Under the pieces are notes generated by a model that saw only the letters and a program-made list of their open reading frames with translations, was not told where the DNA came from and made no database searches. A program made the translations under genes and the position numbers. A stretch of 59,716 bases of DNA, counting the filler, from Dugesia japonica (taxonomy: Eukaryota), in NCBI GenBank assembly GCA_001938525.1. It is 4 parts of 4 records of this genome, joined end to end, with 100 filler letters (N's around TTAATTAATTAA, not from the genome) between each part and the next. Parts side by side here need not be neighbours in the genome. Positions count along the whole stretch, not along the records: positions 23,298 to 46,574 come from MQRL01583426.1; 3 more parts are not named here. One strand, 5' to 3'. The first letter of the stretch is position 1. Each line of letters opens with the position of its first letter. Shown here piece after piece: positions 26,514 through 40,500 of the stretch.

Positions 26514-29099
26514 GTGAGAAATATTTTTCCTAATAAATACAATATCGATTCATTTTACAATCTCAGTTAAATCTGTTACTCTTAAAGTGAAATATCATTA
26601 TTCTAATCATAAGTTGCACTTTAATTTTCAGGAAATATTTTAATTTTGATGACTTTTTCTTTCAACTTTCCATTTGCCTAATTTTTTTACTGTCAGATAT
26701 TTTAATAAATCAACACATTTTGGAAAATTGCTTTTACGATCTGTCATACGAATCTCCAGTGGGATTTTATTGGAATTTTAATTAAATGTAAAATTAATTT
26801 AAATAATTCGTTTATCAAAATCTGGACTTTAATAGAACTGTACATTATCTAAAGTAGATAGATCTTCATATACTGGAAAAATCAATAAAATTAAAATTTT
26901 AAATCCGAAAAATTTGAAGTTTTTAGTCAATAATTTATTAAAAATCGAAACTGTTTTTTAAGTATATAATTTGGAATTTATTTTCAATTGATTATTATTG
27001 ATTTTCTCTACTAAAAGTATATTAAAAATAAGTAATAAAACTTATCACAAATAATTGATAATTAAAACAATTTTTTTATTGAAATATTTATTCAATCGAT
27101 AAAAAAACTGTTGAATTTTAAGAAATTAATTTTGATTTCTCTAATTATTATTATCTCTAATAATTATTTTACAATTATAATCTATTTAACATAAAAATTT
27201 TATCCCAACTGTTCTAATGGGGCGTATAAAAACTATAATTTTATGAAATTATATTATTCGAAAATTTCTTAAATAGTTTCCGCTGTTTTTATAAAATAAT
27301 AATGATTATTGATTTTTAGATAAATTTTGAAATTACCATGTTCAATTTAAAAGTTCATGAAATATTTATTTCGAATATCGATCAAGGAAAAATAATGAAA
27401 TACGAATATTTGAGTGAAATTATAAAAATAGCAATTTTCAAATGAATACAATTATGAATCATCGAGGTCTTATTAGTAACCGTTTATGTAAATATTTGTT
27501 AATATTAAGTCAGTGTTCATGAATTAAAATTGTTCAGGTTTTAGAATTTTTAAAAAAAATTTACCCCAACAAACTTTATTATAATAAAAGAAACTAATTT
27601 ATCATATCTATGAATAAATATTGATTTGAAATTTTTGACAAAAATATATTTTCTTAACAGATCCGAAAATGTTTTTCTGAAGTTATGTTTTTTAAATAAA
27701 TTTACAATTTTTTCATACTTTCATTTTAATTAAATTTTTTTTTAAAATTATATATTTTCTTTTATCACTCATTATTCTTAGAAGAATATCTACTGCTGGA
27801 ATTAATCAGAATTTCTTTATATTTCATCAAACCATAAATAGTTAAAGTACAAAGCTTATTGTTTAATGTTAAAGCCTGTATTTAAGGAAATAATTATAAA
27901 TTTCGAATAACAATCATTAAGAACCCAAGTGAGTAATAATTAATGGTCAAGTAGCCAATCACATTATTTTTCTCTATTTAATTTCCTACTATAAATAATG
28001 AAAAAATTTTATAGATCGAAATTATTTCTCCATTATACTCTAATTACAAAAGATCATAAATTCCGAATTTTGTATTAAATTTACCATATTAATGTATCAA
28101 TTTATAATTAGTTATTTATTAAGTATTTAATAATAAAACGAAAACGCAATTCATGTGAATACTGGAGAAAATTCCATAATTATTTCAAATAATATTTACC
28201 AGAATTTATTTTTTTTTCCTAGTCTTAAGATAATATCTGAACTACAGCGTTTATTTAGATCAATTTGAGTTATAGTATGTTTTTACATCAATGAATACAC
28301 GAAATACGCTTCTGATAAATTATGAAAATTTATGTTTCTATTTTCGTTACAAGAACATTTTTATTTAATAGGAAATAATTTGAAAACACTGAAAATTTCA
28401 TCACTAGTTGAAATTTAATTACTGATTCCTAGGCGCCAAAACTTTGTTTATTTCTCTTTCCTATTGGAAATGCTATTAAAAGAAAATGTGTGGCTTGATG
28501 AATCTATTAAACTTGATTTTTTTAATCATTGAAATATTTACTTTTAGAATTCGCTAGTATAAAAGATTTTTCAGTTTCATACAAGAGTATATTTTTAAAA
28601 ATAGTTTTTAGTTAAAAAATGATAATAATAATAATTATTATAGTATTATATTAAAAAAATAAATAACATGATTTAAAATAAAACTTTATTGTTATATATT
28701 TCGACAGATCAACCGTTATCATCAGACAAAATTGAAAAAAATGAGTTTATTCCGTCTGTATTAGTTAAACAAGGATTCAAGCAATCATACTGAATATAAA
28801 ATGGCTATAATTCTTAATTTTTAAAATTCTTAATATTTAAATTTTTAACTATTTTCCAATAAAAAATTAATTTATATTCAAATAAATTTTTTTTCTATAA
28901 TAATATTTCATTAAAATAACCATTTTAAACCTGTAATATCAAAATTTATTTCAAAAATATTTAAAAGTTTTAATTTTACATTGTATTTTAATTTTTTCAA
29001 AACCTTTAAAATAATAATTTTTAAATTGTTTAAACAAAATTTGAAATTTCAACATTCGCATTACAATTACTTTTATTTTAGTGCTCAGCAATATTATTA

Positions 29100-29710
29100 A
29101 CACCACCAAAACGATTGTGCTCTTGAACCATTGTACAGAGATGATGGACAGTCCCTCCAATGTATGTGGCACAGTTGTGGTCCCAATTCATTTGTGATGG
29201 TAGAATTATATGCAATAAGAAATATATCACTTAAAAAATAACACGCACCTTATGTAAGGATACATATTTAAGAGAAACATGCAGAACATCTCAAACAGAA
29301 AAAAAGCAAAAACAGAAAATTTCACCTGAAAAACATCATTTAACATGGAAAACATTAGGAACAGGTTAGCTTTCTACACCTCACAGGAAGAAACAGGAAG
29401 AAATATTAATCAAAGAGGACAAACCTAAAATCAATGTAATTTATAATAATTAAATAGACTTAAATAAATAATCTAAAATTATCCAATAAAATTTAATAAA
29501 ATGAAAAAAAATTTCTAATTTGGCCAACCCAATGAAAAAGTTAAATTCGTGAAGATAATAATCGAAAATTCGGATAATTATCAAAAAAGAAATAAAGAAA
29601 CAAAACATATATTGATCAAAGCTTTATTAAATTAAATCTGAAATGTGATAAATAATTAAGTTCAATACTTATTCTCACAATAATTATAATTGTAAAATTT
29701 TAATTTAATT
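29100..29710 (+). mobile_element. Penelope-like retroelement remnant (GIY-YIG endonuclease end plus 3' region)
   Basis: Translates to ...LREHAEH...HHLTWKTLG...RKKQEEILIKEDKPKIN, which fits the R..E...I....P.LN C-terminus of PLE GIY-YIG domains. Shares sequence with 12470-12590 and 12975-13013. Confidence 0.65.
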
Positions 29711-30203
29711 ATAAAATTAATTTATACAATAAAAACTCAATAATGAAAACTTTAATTTAATATTTTAAATATCTGGAAAATATTTACAATAAATCTATAA
29801 AATTCGTGGAATTTTTTCGTTTAGTAATTTTTAATTCACTGTTTAATATTTTAATTGGTATGCCTTGTACATTAAATATTTTAATTAATGTTTAAATATC
29901 TAGTATAGCAATGTTTGAACATGATTTACAAGTGTTGAGCATGAAAATATAACAATATAAAGTGCAATTATCCAAACGCATTGTTTTTTCTATTTCTCAG
30001 TACTGGTATTCAATATTTCCCCTATCTATAATAATCCATAGTAATATGAACAACTCATTTACCACATTTATTTGTTCTATTGCAACTATGCTCTTTTTAA
30101 AATTTTAATTAATAAAAGTTAGTACTGGATATAGACAATTTTACTTAAACTGAACGATACGGATTAATTTGACGAACAGAAACGCGCAATGATCAATTTA
30201 AAG

Positions 30204-30456
30204 CAAAGGTTTTCAATTTTTTTAGCAGTGTAACATTATTATATATTCTTCACAAAAGCGGAGCCCCACTATTAAAAATAAGTTATAAATAATAGATACA
30301 TTATTGAATACTCATTAAAAATTATTTCAAACTGAGAAAAATCAATGTATAACTTTAAAAACATCAAAAACTTTATAAATTATAAAATTTTACGGAGCAC
30401 TGGTAACTCTTCCGAAGAGCCCTTGAGCTGAGTAGAGCACGCATTGAAAACCACTG
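30204..30456. mobile_element. hAT-type MITE
   Basis: TIR caaaggttttcaa / ttgaaaaccactg with a perfect 8-bp TSD atttaaag. Confidence 0.8.
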
Positions 30457-31417
30457 ATTTAAAGCTTAATTTAAAGGTGTGGTTGAGAAATATATTATCA
30501 TAACATTTTGGATTTAATTTCAATATAATTGCGGGCAATTATCTATTTTAACAATTGTTTTATCAACTTGTTCAACAACAAAAAAATTTGAAGAAATCTA
30601 ATATTTTTAAATTAATAAGAACTTGAATTTTCTCGAAGAGATCTTATTTCGACGATTTTATATTGACCGGTGTAGTCATATCCAGTTCAACAAGTGTTTA
30701 ACATTTCTGTTTGATGGTGGGGATTGTGTGAATTACTGACCAACTTTTTAACATGCCCATTCGTATAACTAATGACGCTGTCGTCATCTAACGTATTGGA
30801 TTGTTTAGCAATGACTCATGTACAGATAGAAATTACTGTAAATATAAAATTACGACCACGTCGGCCTGATTTAAATGCATATGGTACCATCGTGTCTGTA
30901 ATGTGTGGTAATTATTTATCGTTCGTTTGACAGTTATTTTTAAATGAAAATAATTGGCTCACTATGTCTTGATAAATGCATGAATAATAACAACATGTGG
31001 CTACTTCTGTGTTTATTTGCATAACGAGCTGGTTTGAATAATGTCGATTTTTCAAACCAAATCATTTCCGTCTAAAGAGAAATGCTCACATTTTATAAGT
31101 GAAATTCAAATATTCTTTTCCTGATATTTGATTTGTTACATAATAGCCAGATAATCTTTATGAAAGTGTTACTATTTAATTAAGATGATGATATAATTAT
31201 TAATTAAACATTAATCATATTTTGCAATATTTTTCTGTTTAAAGACATTAAGTAATTCCTTTTTAATCAGTTAAAATTGATTCTTAAACAAAATAAATAT
31301 TTAATAAAATTGATAAGTAAATTTTTTTTAATNNNNNNNNNNNNNNNNNNNNNNNNNNNNNNNNNNNNNNNNNNNNNNNNNNNNNNNNNNNNNNNNNNNN
31401 NNNNNNNNNNNNNNNNN

Positions 31418-31539
31418 GCTTCGATCAAAACAAAACAAAATTTATTTGTAAAAAAAGTTCAAATTTTCGACAATAGTCTTCTTCAGAACTTCTTTTGAAC
31501 TTTTTTTACAAATAAATTTTGTTTTGTTTTGATCGAAGC
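31418..31539 (-). ncRNA. Palindromic Penelope pseudo-LTR piece containing a minimal hammerhead-ribozyme-like core
   Basis: ~45-bp perfect inverted arms. The minus strand reads gtt-CTGAAGA-a-GAC-tatt-GTC-GAAA-attt-gaac. Confidence 0.55.
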
Positions 31540-32904
31540 CTTATCTTATTTTAATGAAATAAAATTCAAAGTTCTATTATATCAACGAGAATATTTTTCA
31601 TATTTGAAAACTGATTAAGTATTATAAAGCTTCAGGCGGAAAATTCAATCATTAGAAAGAATTTGTTAAATACATATTGAAAATACTATCTAAATTCTTA
31701 GCTGTTTTTCTACGCCGATTTATTGCTTAAAACATTGCATTGGAACTCATATTTTATAATAATTGATCAATATTTAGAATTTTTCCAAAAAGACGTATTT
31801 TTATTAGTAAAACTTAATTTCGTTGAACATGTATTATCAATAAAATATCGACAGTTGATTGGTTGTAGAAATATCGATTCAACATGGATGATTGAATGGT
31901 ATTTTGTCATTGTTTTTTTCTGCTACACTAAGTCGTGTCTCTTAAACATGCAAACACCAATTATTTTGTTTTGATTTTGTGTCACATTTATTTTCAGGAT
32001 TAAATTTTTCTATTTTGTCACCATAGTAACTACCTATTGGAAAGGTGGTTTAAATTAATCTACGTAATTGTTCATATGTTTGTTATTTTTTGTAGTTGTT
32101 ATTATTATTTCATATCATTGCTGCTTACGATTTTCTTTTTATCTCAAAATTAAAATTTTGGCAATGAGTTTTATTTCAATATCAGTTGTAATTCGCTGAT
32201 GAAATTGGAAAAAAAATCTCTCAAATAAATTCGTAATTATTTACTTCAATTTTAACTGATTATATAAAAAAGAATTGTATTATCGATACATTTTGTTTTA
32301 TTTTTTGTGAGATTATTATTGTTTATTTAAAATTATTTTTAATTATAAAATAAAATCAGTAAGGAAAAAATCGCAATTTTGTTCTCAAATTATTTTCCCG
32401 CTATATTTCCGTTTCGGATCAAAATCTATTCAGAATTCTGATTCAAATAAATCTGATAAATTAATTAAGATATGCATGCAGGAGTGGTCTGAATAATCTG
32501 TATTTGAATTAAGTTCTATGGAAAATTTGTCTGGGAAAGGTTGCATAAATTTTAATTTTGTTTTTTCTAGCAAATTAGAATTAAATTTTCCAATAAATTT
32601 ATTTTGGCAATTATTATGATAAACAGCTAGTATTTTCAAATTTGCATCTCGTACTTTTTAATTTAAATTTTTTTGTATTAAAATTTCTATAAGAAAATAT
32701 CAGAAAATTTAATGTTCCTTTACAAATTTCTGTGGTATTTTTATTATTCTAGTATTCTAATTCCTATCAAATAAATTCACAATTAAAATTAGAGACGATT
32801 TCTTTTAATTTCACACATTCATCTCTAAAATGGCATTATTATTATGTTGAGGAAATAGTTCACGTGTCCAGTTAAAGTAACGATTTTTTATACAAAAATC
32901 TTTT

Positions 32905-33260
32905 CAAAAAACAAAATAATTGTCCACAACTTTCTGACAACGATCTCTAAGCTTTCGGATTTGGTCAAAGTACCATTCCTTCAGCTTTAAATAAAAAATT
33001 CTTGACATAATTTTTCAGCTTCATCGAATAACTCAATCGCCTATCTTTCAAAAAATTATGCATTAATCGGAAAGACTGTTGTCAGATGGAGCAACATCTG
33101 GACTATAGGCTGAATGTGACATAACATCGATACCGTCTAATTCTTCAGATCTGTTGCAGGTCTTTCTGGCGATATGCAGCTTTGCATTATTTTACTTTTG
33201 GACAAAAGGCTTTGTCCGCGGCTTTTGCATCCCGATTCTTTCTCCAATAATTATACAGAA
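32905..33260 (-). pseudogene. mariner transposase C-terminal fragment
   Basis: NNAKLHIARKT...VMSHSAYSPDVAPSDNSL corresponds to the mariner motif HDNARPH...HPPYSPDLAPSD. Confidence 0.8.
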
Positions 33261-33344
33261 ATACCGAAGCTCAAAATTTGTTATTTTATAATCAGGAATA
33301 ATAAAACTTTAATAATAATTTTTTAACAGCCTTATAAAATAATT

Positions 33345-33680
33345 TTATTCCAGGTGCTGCAGCTATACCAAAAGACACTATTGTGCAACAATACTGTCCA
33401 TTTTTCGAAGAAAATTCTGTTTTCTCTTGTGAATCTTTATATAACGGAAATTGATAGTGTGCATTACCCAAATCCATAGTACTAAAATATATTGAATCTT
33501 TCAAATTATCTAGTATTTCCTCTAAATTGGACATCGAAAATGCCTGTCTTTTTATGATTGCATCCAGTTTTCTAAAATCTAGACATAATCTAACGTCTTT
33601 CCTTTCTTTTTTCCCAACACATATTAACGGAGTGTTCCATTGCGAAATTACACTTCCTAATAATGCCATTGTCAAAAATA
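33345..33680 (-). pseudogene. Ty3/Gypsy reverse transcriptase fragment
   Basis: SQWNTPLICVGKK..VRLCLDFRKLD...FSTMDLGNAHYQ...KTEF...SFGIAAAP. Confidence 0.85.
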
Positions 33681-34635
33681 ATTCTTGATAGTAACGAACT
33701 TACTCTAAATTCTCATTTGGCTTGTTAATCAATATTTTTTTGCTCTCTGTACTCTTTCTTTATCCGTTGTATTGGTCCATACTTTGCTTCTATATTTAGT
33801 CATATTTAGTTTGATATTTCAACTCTTGAAACAACACAAAATCTTGAACCCTTAAAAGAAATTCGACGTAGCAGACCAAAGGATAAAAGAATGCAGAGTC
33901 CAATGGAGTTCACAAATTTGAAATTAAATGAAGAAAATGTGACAAAATGTGCATAAGAGAAAATCTTATCAAATAATCCATTAATAATTAAGGAAAATTA
34001 ATATTTTATTTGTTACGATAAATTATGTGTCATTGTTGAAATTAATTTAATATTTTTGTGGCACTTTTTTAATTATTTTAAAAATTGTGGCATATTTGGA
34101 ATTATTTTAGTTTTTATTTAGCATTTTTTGAATTATCCCTAGATTAAAATTCAAATTAATAAGAATATCAAGATACTTTTCTCAACTACCAAGAAACATG
34201 TGATATTCTTGTTTTTAAACATATAAATATTGTATATTGAATGATGAGTAACTGAGATAATGATCAGACAATCAGTTACCAATGTTTTCTTTTCATTAGT
34301 ATATGACATTGAATTTACTTCTGTATAAATATTTTTGACCATATTACAAGCAGGTATCCATTGTTTCAAGGTCGTATTCATTTTGATAACTGATATCAAT
34401 TATAATTAACCAAAAATAAATAAAATTATTCTTCATTTTCGTCCCAACTGAAAGATTTATTGTTCTCTAATTAATAACAACCTGAAAATAAAATATACGT
34501 TCATTTAAATCTTATTCATTTTAATTTACTAACAATATTTGAAATAAAAGTTAACATATTTGCATTAGTTAATAAATAATTTTCTTAATAATTTTGGTNT
34601 TTTTCATGAGTTTTTAAAACAATTTTATTTTTTAG

Positions 34636-35323
34636 GTTAGTCCTAAAAGTACAATAGTGAGAGTCCAAGACCTTATATTAAATATGCCGTATGTAGTACA
34701 TATTGCTGCATCTACATGTCAAGGAGAAGGAATTCGTTCTGCTGGTTTAATGCTAACAGCATCTTCTACCATTATAACGATGAGTCCTAATCTTATTGAC
34801 AGACGATCGGGACTCAATAATGGCAAATCTATTCAAGCTTCTGTAACAAAACAACCGTGGTTTATTAGTATAATGGTGGTCGGAGGGTGTTTGTGGTTTA
34901 TGATTTGCGCATTCATTTTAGTAGTTGGTCGCAGTATGTACTTACGTGGACTGATTTATAAATCTGGGTATTCCAACGGTACGAAATTAATAGCCAACAG
35001 TAATAGTCAGATTCCTGTTACATCTAGTAATGGTCGTTTAGCGAGTCACCAAATAGTTTCACATATGAATACAAACACGAATTCCAATGCCAGTGGAATG
35101 TACAAAGATTCAATAATACTTCAACCTTTAATTGGTACTTCCAATAGTGTCAGTCCAAATGAATATCAAACCGACCCTGGGGAAGCAATAACAAACTCTA
35201 CCTCAATTCATACAACTTTAATTCCCAACAGTAGCCAAAGAAGATTTCAAGATTCGATATCAAGTAGTAATAGCACTTGTAAAAGTTCAACTAGCCAACC
35301 AATTGACAAACAAAAACAACGAT
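34636..35323 (+). CDS. robo: Robo coding exon 2: end of FN3-3, transmembrane helix, cytoplasmic tail
   Basis: ttttAG acceptor in phase 0. Y.VHIAASTCQGEG completes the FN3 domain. QPWFISIMVVGGCLWFMICAFILVV is the TM segment. Donor GTATGT at 35324. Confidence 0.88.
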
Positions 35324-35966
35324 GTATGTGTTCTTTTTATATTTTATTTCAAATTGAAATTTTGAGTGAAATATCATTAATTATCTAACGAAAACTTCAA
35401 TAATTTATTGTAATTTTAAAATTTTCATTTAAATCAAAAAAAAAATAATAAAATTATAAAAACTAATATTTGAAATAATCGTGCTGATGTAATTTTTGAT
35501 GAGATGATGCATGTTTTACCACTAGTTAGAAACTATTGAAAATTAGTATTTGTTTAAAAAATTTTAGATTAGCAAAATTTCCAATTTTCACTCTATTGAT
35601 AATTAAAAAAGTGCACGTTTTTCTTCATCAAAAAATCTGTTACGAATTTACTAGGTGATGACTACATTTTCAGATTTTTATGGGAATTGATTGTTAAGTT
35701 ATAAACATTCTTTTTCATGTCGCAATTTTAATGATTGTTTTATCTTTGGAATATTTACATCAACCAGATAAAATAGATGAACTGATAACTTAAATAAATT
35801 ATTAATTACAATACAGATAAGTTTCCAACAGAGTTGGTAAATATTTTAAAATATATATTGATTTTTTTTTTAAAAGAAAAATTGTACTAATTCGATGGAA
35901 TAATCAATTTTATTTCATCAACCATCATCAGTAGTGTTAAATATTTTGACAATTACATTTAAACAG

Positions 35967-36226
35967 TGATCAATGCAATGAACATTTCTTCCAACAACGT
36001 AGCACCATATGCCAGCGCTTCTTTATTGCAACAAGTGATTGGGATCAGCACAAAAAATAATCTCAACAATTTTAACTATCCATTGAATAATTCTGGCCAC
36101 AGAAATATTTTGATGCCGTTTTCTGATTCAAATATCATTTCTAACAATTCAGATTTTATACACAACCAAATTTTCCAAACCAATTCTACAGACTGGGCCA
36201 TCAATATTCCAAGTAGAAATTCTTGA
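35967..36226 (+). CDS. robo: Robo final coding exon with CC1-like motif
   Basis: aaacAG acceptor in phase 1. VAPYASASLL resembles the CC1 motif (TPYATT.L). Stop at 36224-36226, with AATAAA downstream. Confidence 0.75.
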
Positions 36227-36750
36227 TTATTTCCTTTTTTCGTTTAAATATTTATTTAATAATTATTACAAATAAAAAAAATAAAAACAACTGGTCAATA
36301 ATTCGTGTCTGGTTTGATAAGTGAGTAATTTTATTGATAAAACTTTCCATGGGTAGAATGATTTAACAAGATTTAAACTTTCTTTTTAAACTTTGAGAAC
36401 TGTTAATCTATGACAATGTTTTCTCGCATTAAACCAAAAATTTTCTTGTTATATTTCTTGTTACTTTTTATGTTAAATAATTAATATTGCATGAAGTTTT
36501 ATGACTTATTGAATTATTTAGTTATGTCATGAAAATCTCTTCTTGAATATCTTTTTTTATTATATTTTTTAAAATTTAAATTAAAAGTTAAAATTCTTTA
36601 TCAAAATAAAATTTTTAACTTTGAATTTAGATTTTAAATTCGATCGATTGTTGTTAACAAATAATTATAGTAAATATAATTATAATTGCATAAAATTTTC
36701 AAATTTGAGAAAATTAAAAAAGCAAATATTTTTTTCACATTAATAATTTA

Positions 36751-37853
36751 TTGGATTGTAACAATTTTCCGTGATTTTATTTTTTTTTGTTATAAATTGT
36801 AGTTGGTTTAACCACACCATTTTTCTTATTGAAAAATAACGTTTGTTTGAAATCCCTTTTCGTNNNNNNNNNNNNNNNNNNNNNNNNNNNNNNNNNNNNN
36901 NNNNNNNNNNNNNNNNNNNNNNNNNNNNNNNNNNNNNAACAGTTTAGACATCTACTTTTATTCGTTTTTAATCGAGTTATAAAAGCTAAAGAAGCGGTTT
37001 GAGATATTCGTTACATAGAGAAGGTGTAATAGCCAAAAGTACTGTTCTATTGAAAAAAGATGAGCAATTCAATGTCGATCTATCGCCTCAAACTGAAGGT
37101 GTGGTTGCCACACCAGTTCATAGAAAGAAACAAAGAAATTCGTCTCCAAGTTTCTGTCCAGCACTTCGCCCAACATCAATCAACACAAGTTCATAAAAAT
37201 CAATTTCTCTACAGAATAATCGTGGGATATGATAAATGGTGTCGTTATGCTAACATGAAGGAAATAAAGGACTGGGTGGCTCCTGGATGCATGCCAGAGC
37301 CAAGAATAAAGCAATNTCGCCNAGAATATTATGATATGCAATTGGTGGGACTGATTGAGTTTAGTGCACTGGGAAATACTCCAGAAGAATAAGACGGTTG
37401 GTAGTAACCTATTTATATCCAAGTTGCATTCAAAAGAGAAGTCCAAATCAACAAATAAAAGTTATTCTAATCAAAGATAACGCCAAATCACACACAGCAA
37501 TTATTTTCAAGGTTATAATCAAAGAGCTCCAATGGAATGTTCTTCAACACCCTCCATATTATTCCGACCTAGCACCAATGAATTACCATCCTTTCCGTTC
37601 ACTGTATAACCAAATAATGAATATTACCTTTAACAACACGGATGATATGGAAAAGTGGCATAACTAATTCTTCGAGATCAGCTATAGTGAATTCTGGTTT
37701 TCTGGTATCGAAAGTACGGTGAGAAGATATTAGTAGGTCATAAATTATGATGGAGATTACATTATTGATTAAATTGTTATTGTAAATTGTTGTAATAAAT
37801 AAATGTTTTAAATTGTTATTAAAAAATAACGGAAAATTGTTACTATAAAAAAA
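36751..37853 (+). mobile_element. Decayed mariner (DD34D-type) transposon with TIRs
   Basis: TIR core gtaacaattttccgt / acggaaaattgttac. Transposase motifs WLPHQ, FLYRIIVGYDKW, LIKDNAKSH, LQHPPYYSDLAP..YHPFRSL. Confidence 0.92.
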
Positions 37854-40455
37854 TACAGATATAAATGATTTTTTTCTTTTTATTCACTAATTCTACATTT
37901 GCATTATTTAGTATAATTTATAAAAAAAATTATAAAAAAATATATTTTATTTAATTCATTATCGTGCTAATATTTACTAATAACATTAACTATAATATTA
38001 CAATGAAAATGTTTTATAATTAATAAAATAAATCAAGGAATAATTTCATTAAATGCATTCTGATAGTAAATCAATAATAGCATCAATATTTCTTTATATC
38101 AATTTTAAGCTGAAGTTATTAAGGAAGATTAAGAATGAAATTCGTACAAAATAATAATTGAAGGAAATGAATGAAACATAACGAATTATCATATTAATAT
38201 TTGATTAAATAACATTACTAGAGCATTGCATTTATACTTGCCAAATTCATTCAATAAAATTTAACCAATAATTTGATTCTAAAAAATTTACGTCACTTTA
38301 TTTAATAAATGTAGATCATTGAGTCATTAATTAAAATAATGGATTATTATATTGAAATAGGAAAGTAATAATGTAAAAAATATTATTTTAAATTAAAATA
38401 TTCTTTTCAGAGTTCTGAAAAGTAGAATTAATTGTGCTACTAATTTAGAGAAACTCAGTCAAGCATTGGTCTGTGTAATCCACTTCAACGGAAAATGAAA
38501 AATTTTTATAACCAGGAAATTTCACAAATTATACATGAATTAAAGGTCATAAAATATGCCGATCTTTTATATTTTCATTCTATTTCAAACTAGAATTTTA
38601 AATTTAGAACAGTTGAATAAGTTAAAATGGATTTATTAATTTTGATTAATTTGATTGACAGTAAAGTCAAAATAATAAATACCTAAAAATATCTGTTGAA
38701 TTTCGGGAAAAAATGTTTTTAAACTCATTTAAGAGAAGATTGTGCAATATAAATAGAAAATAGTTTCTTATTATTTTCAAGATTGCAAAAACAAAAATAA
38801 CATAATCAGTAACATATTGCTTATAATTCAATATTTGGATTGGTGGTATTTAAACTTTTAAACATTATTAGTTACTATAGCCTAAAAATATACATATTAT
38901 TAGTATTTTAAGTCAGCTCATTGTGTATGGCTCAGCAACAGAGTGGCAACATTATTTTTGAATTTCGATCTAAAAATTAATTCTATATTAAAATGATTAC
39001 CAAACTTTTCTCAAATATTAGAATGCTTTGAAAATATTTCATATTTATGATATGATTCATAAATAAATATCCAATAATAAATAAATTAATTAATAAATAA
39101 TATTAATCATCATTATTATTACAATTTTTATTATTATTTTTATTATTATTATTATTATTATTATTANNNNNNNNNNNNNNNNNNNNNNNNNNNNNNNNNN
39201 NNNNNNNNNNNNNNNNNNNNNNNNNNNNNNNNNNNNNNNNNNNNTTAAATTACAATCAATTATTAAATTTTAATTGATTTTGAATATTTGTAACACAGTG
39301 GTATCATTGATTTATGCTTATTTTTTATTTATAAAAACTTTTTTAAATGAGAATGCTAAGGATATATTTTTTGAAATGTTGAATGCTAAATTTAAATATA
39401 AATACAATGTAATATATTTTTAAGGTCTAAATATCTTCTGAAAACGTTGTTTAGGTTTAAAGTCTAACATTTTTAGATTTAAAAAATTTGCCCTAATAAT
39501 AGCTATTTGTAAAATGACTTTTACGTACATACAAAATTCAATTAAATAACTAATTAATTATAAAATAACATTTTCCCATGCATAATGCACATCTTATTTA
39601 TATCGCAGATCTGGTGATTCTTTAATGAAAATGTTCGGATAACGCTCACCTAGTAGAATGTCTATTTCTCATTTAATAAACAAATGCAAATTCTTTTAAT
39701 ACGTTTTTTTGTATAAATAACCCGTGCGTTATCGATTGGAAAATACGATAATTACATAAAAATGTTAATGGTTCTTTAAAAGTTTTTCCTTGCAATCAAT
39801 AGAAATTTCTACTTATAAAATTTTATATTTATTAAATTTTGTTTAAAGAAATTTTGTTTTCTCAATGATAATAGAAAAAATTTGCTCACACCTGATAAAA
39901 TTTTATCCACAACCACTTTGATTGGATCAAATTTTAAATTTTGATAAATTGATTTTTTCTATTTAATTTACTTTGAAAACTATCGTTTCAATTGATTGTT
40001 ATTCAATTAATTATTTTTTCTAAAAACTTACATATAATATTGAAAATTAATTTCTTGGTTAAAATTTCAAAATAAAATTTATAAAGTTTTATAATTTTCA
40101 TTTAAAATTATACCGTATAAAATACTTTCATTAATATTCAATTGCCTTTAATAATATTTTTACACAGAATTATATTTTCATATTCTTTTTTAGTTCAGTT
40201 GTATAAAAAATATTCCCAGAAAAATAATTATATATATTGTATATTTAACATTTATTTAATCAAGTTATTTAATCTTACCATGGAAACATTCACGTCGATG
40301 AAGGGCAACTAAATTTATTTCCTATTTTAGTTAGAAAACGGGGGCAAATTATTTTAAATGTCAATCAAATATATTAGAAACAGAAAATTTAGAAATAGAA
40401 TACATTAATTATGCATTATTTTTTTTAAATTTATTTATTTATTATTATTACTTAA

Positions 40456-40500
<45 letters not shown>

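Noticed and set aside
30620-31080. Higher-GC block in the Robo intron (a similar one lies at 41950-42500) as a hidden exon or gene
   Set aside because: Stops in the frames examined, no recognisable motif, and the Robo exons already join in phase. Probably old repeat debris.
22592-36226. Robo apparently nested in an intron of the unfinished Slo2 gene
   Set aside because: An artificial contig linker (23198-23297) separates them, and no further Slo2 exons are seen downstream.
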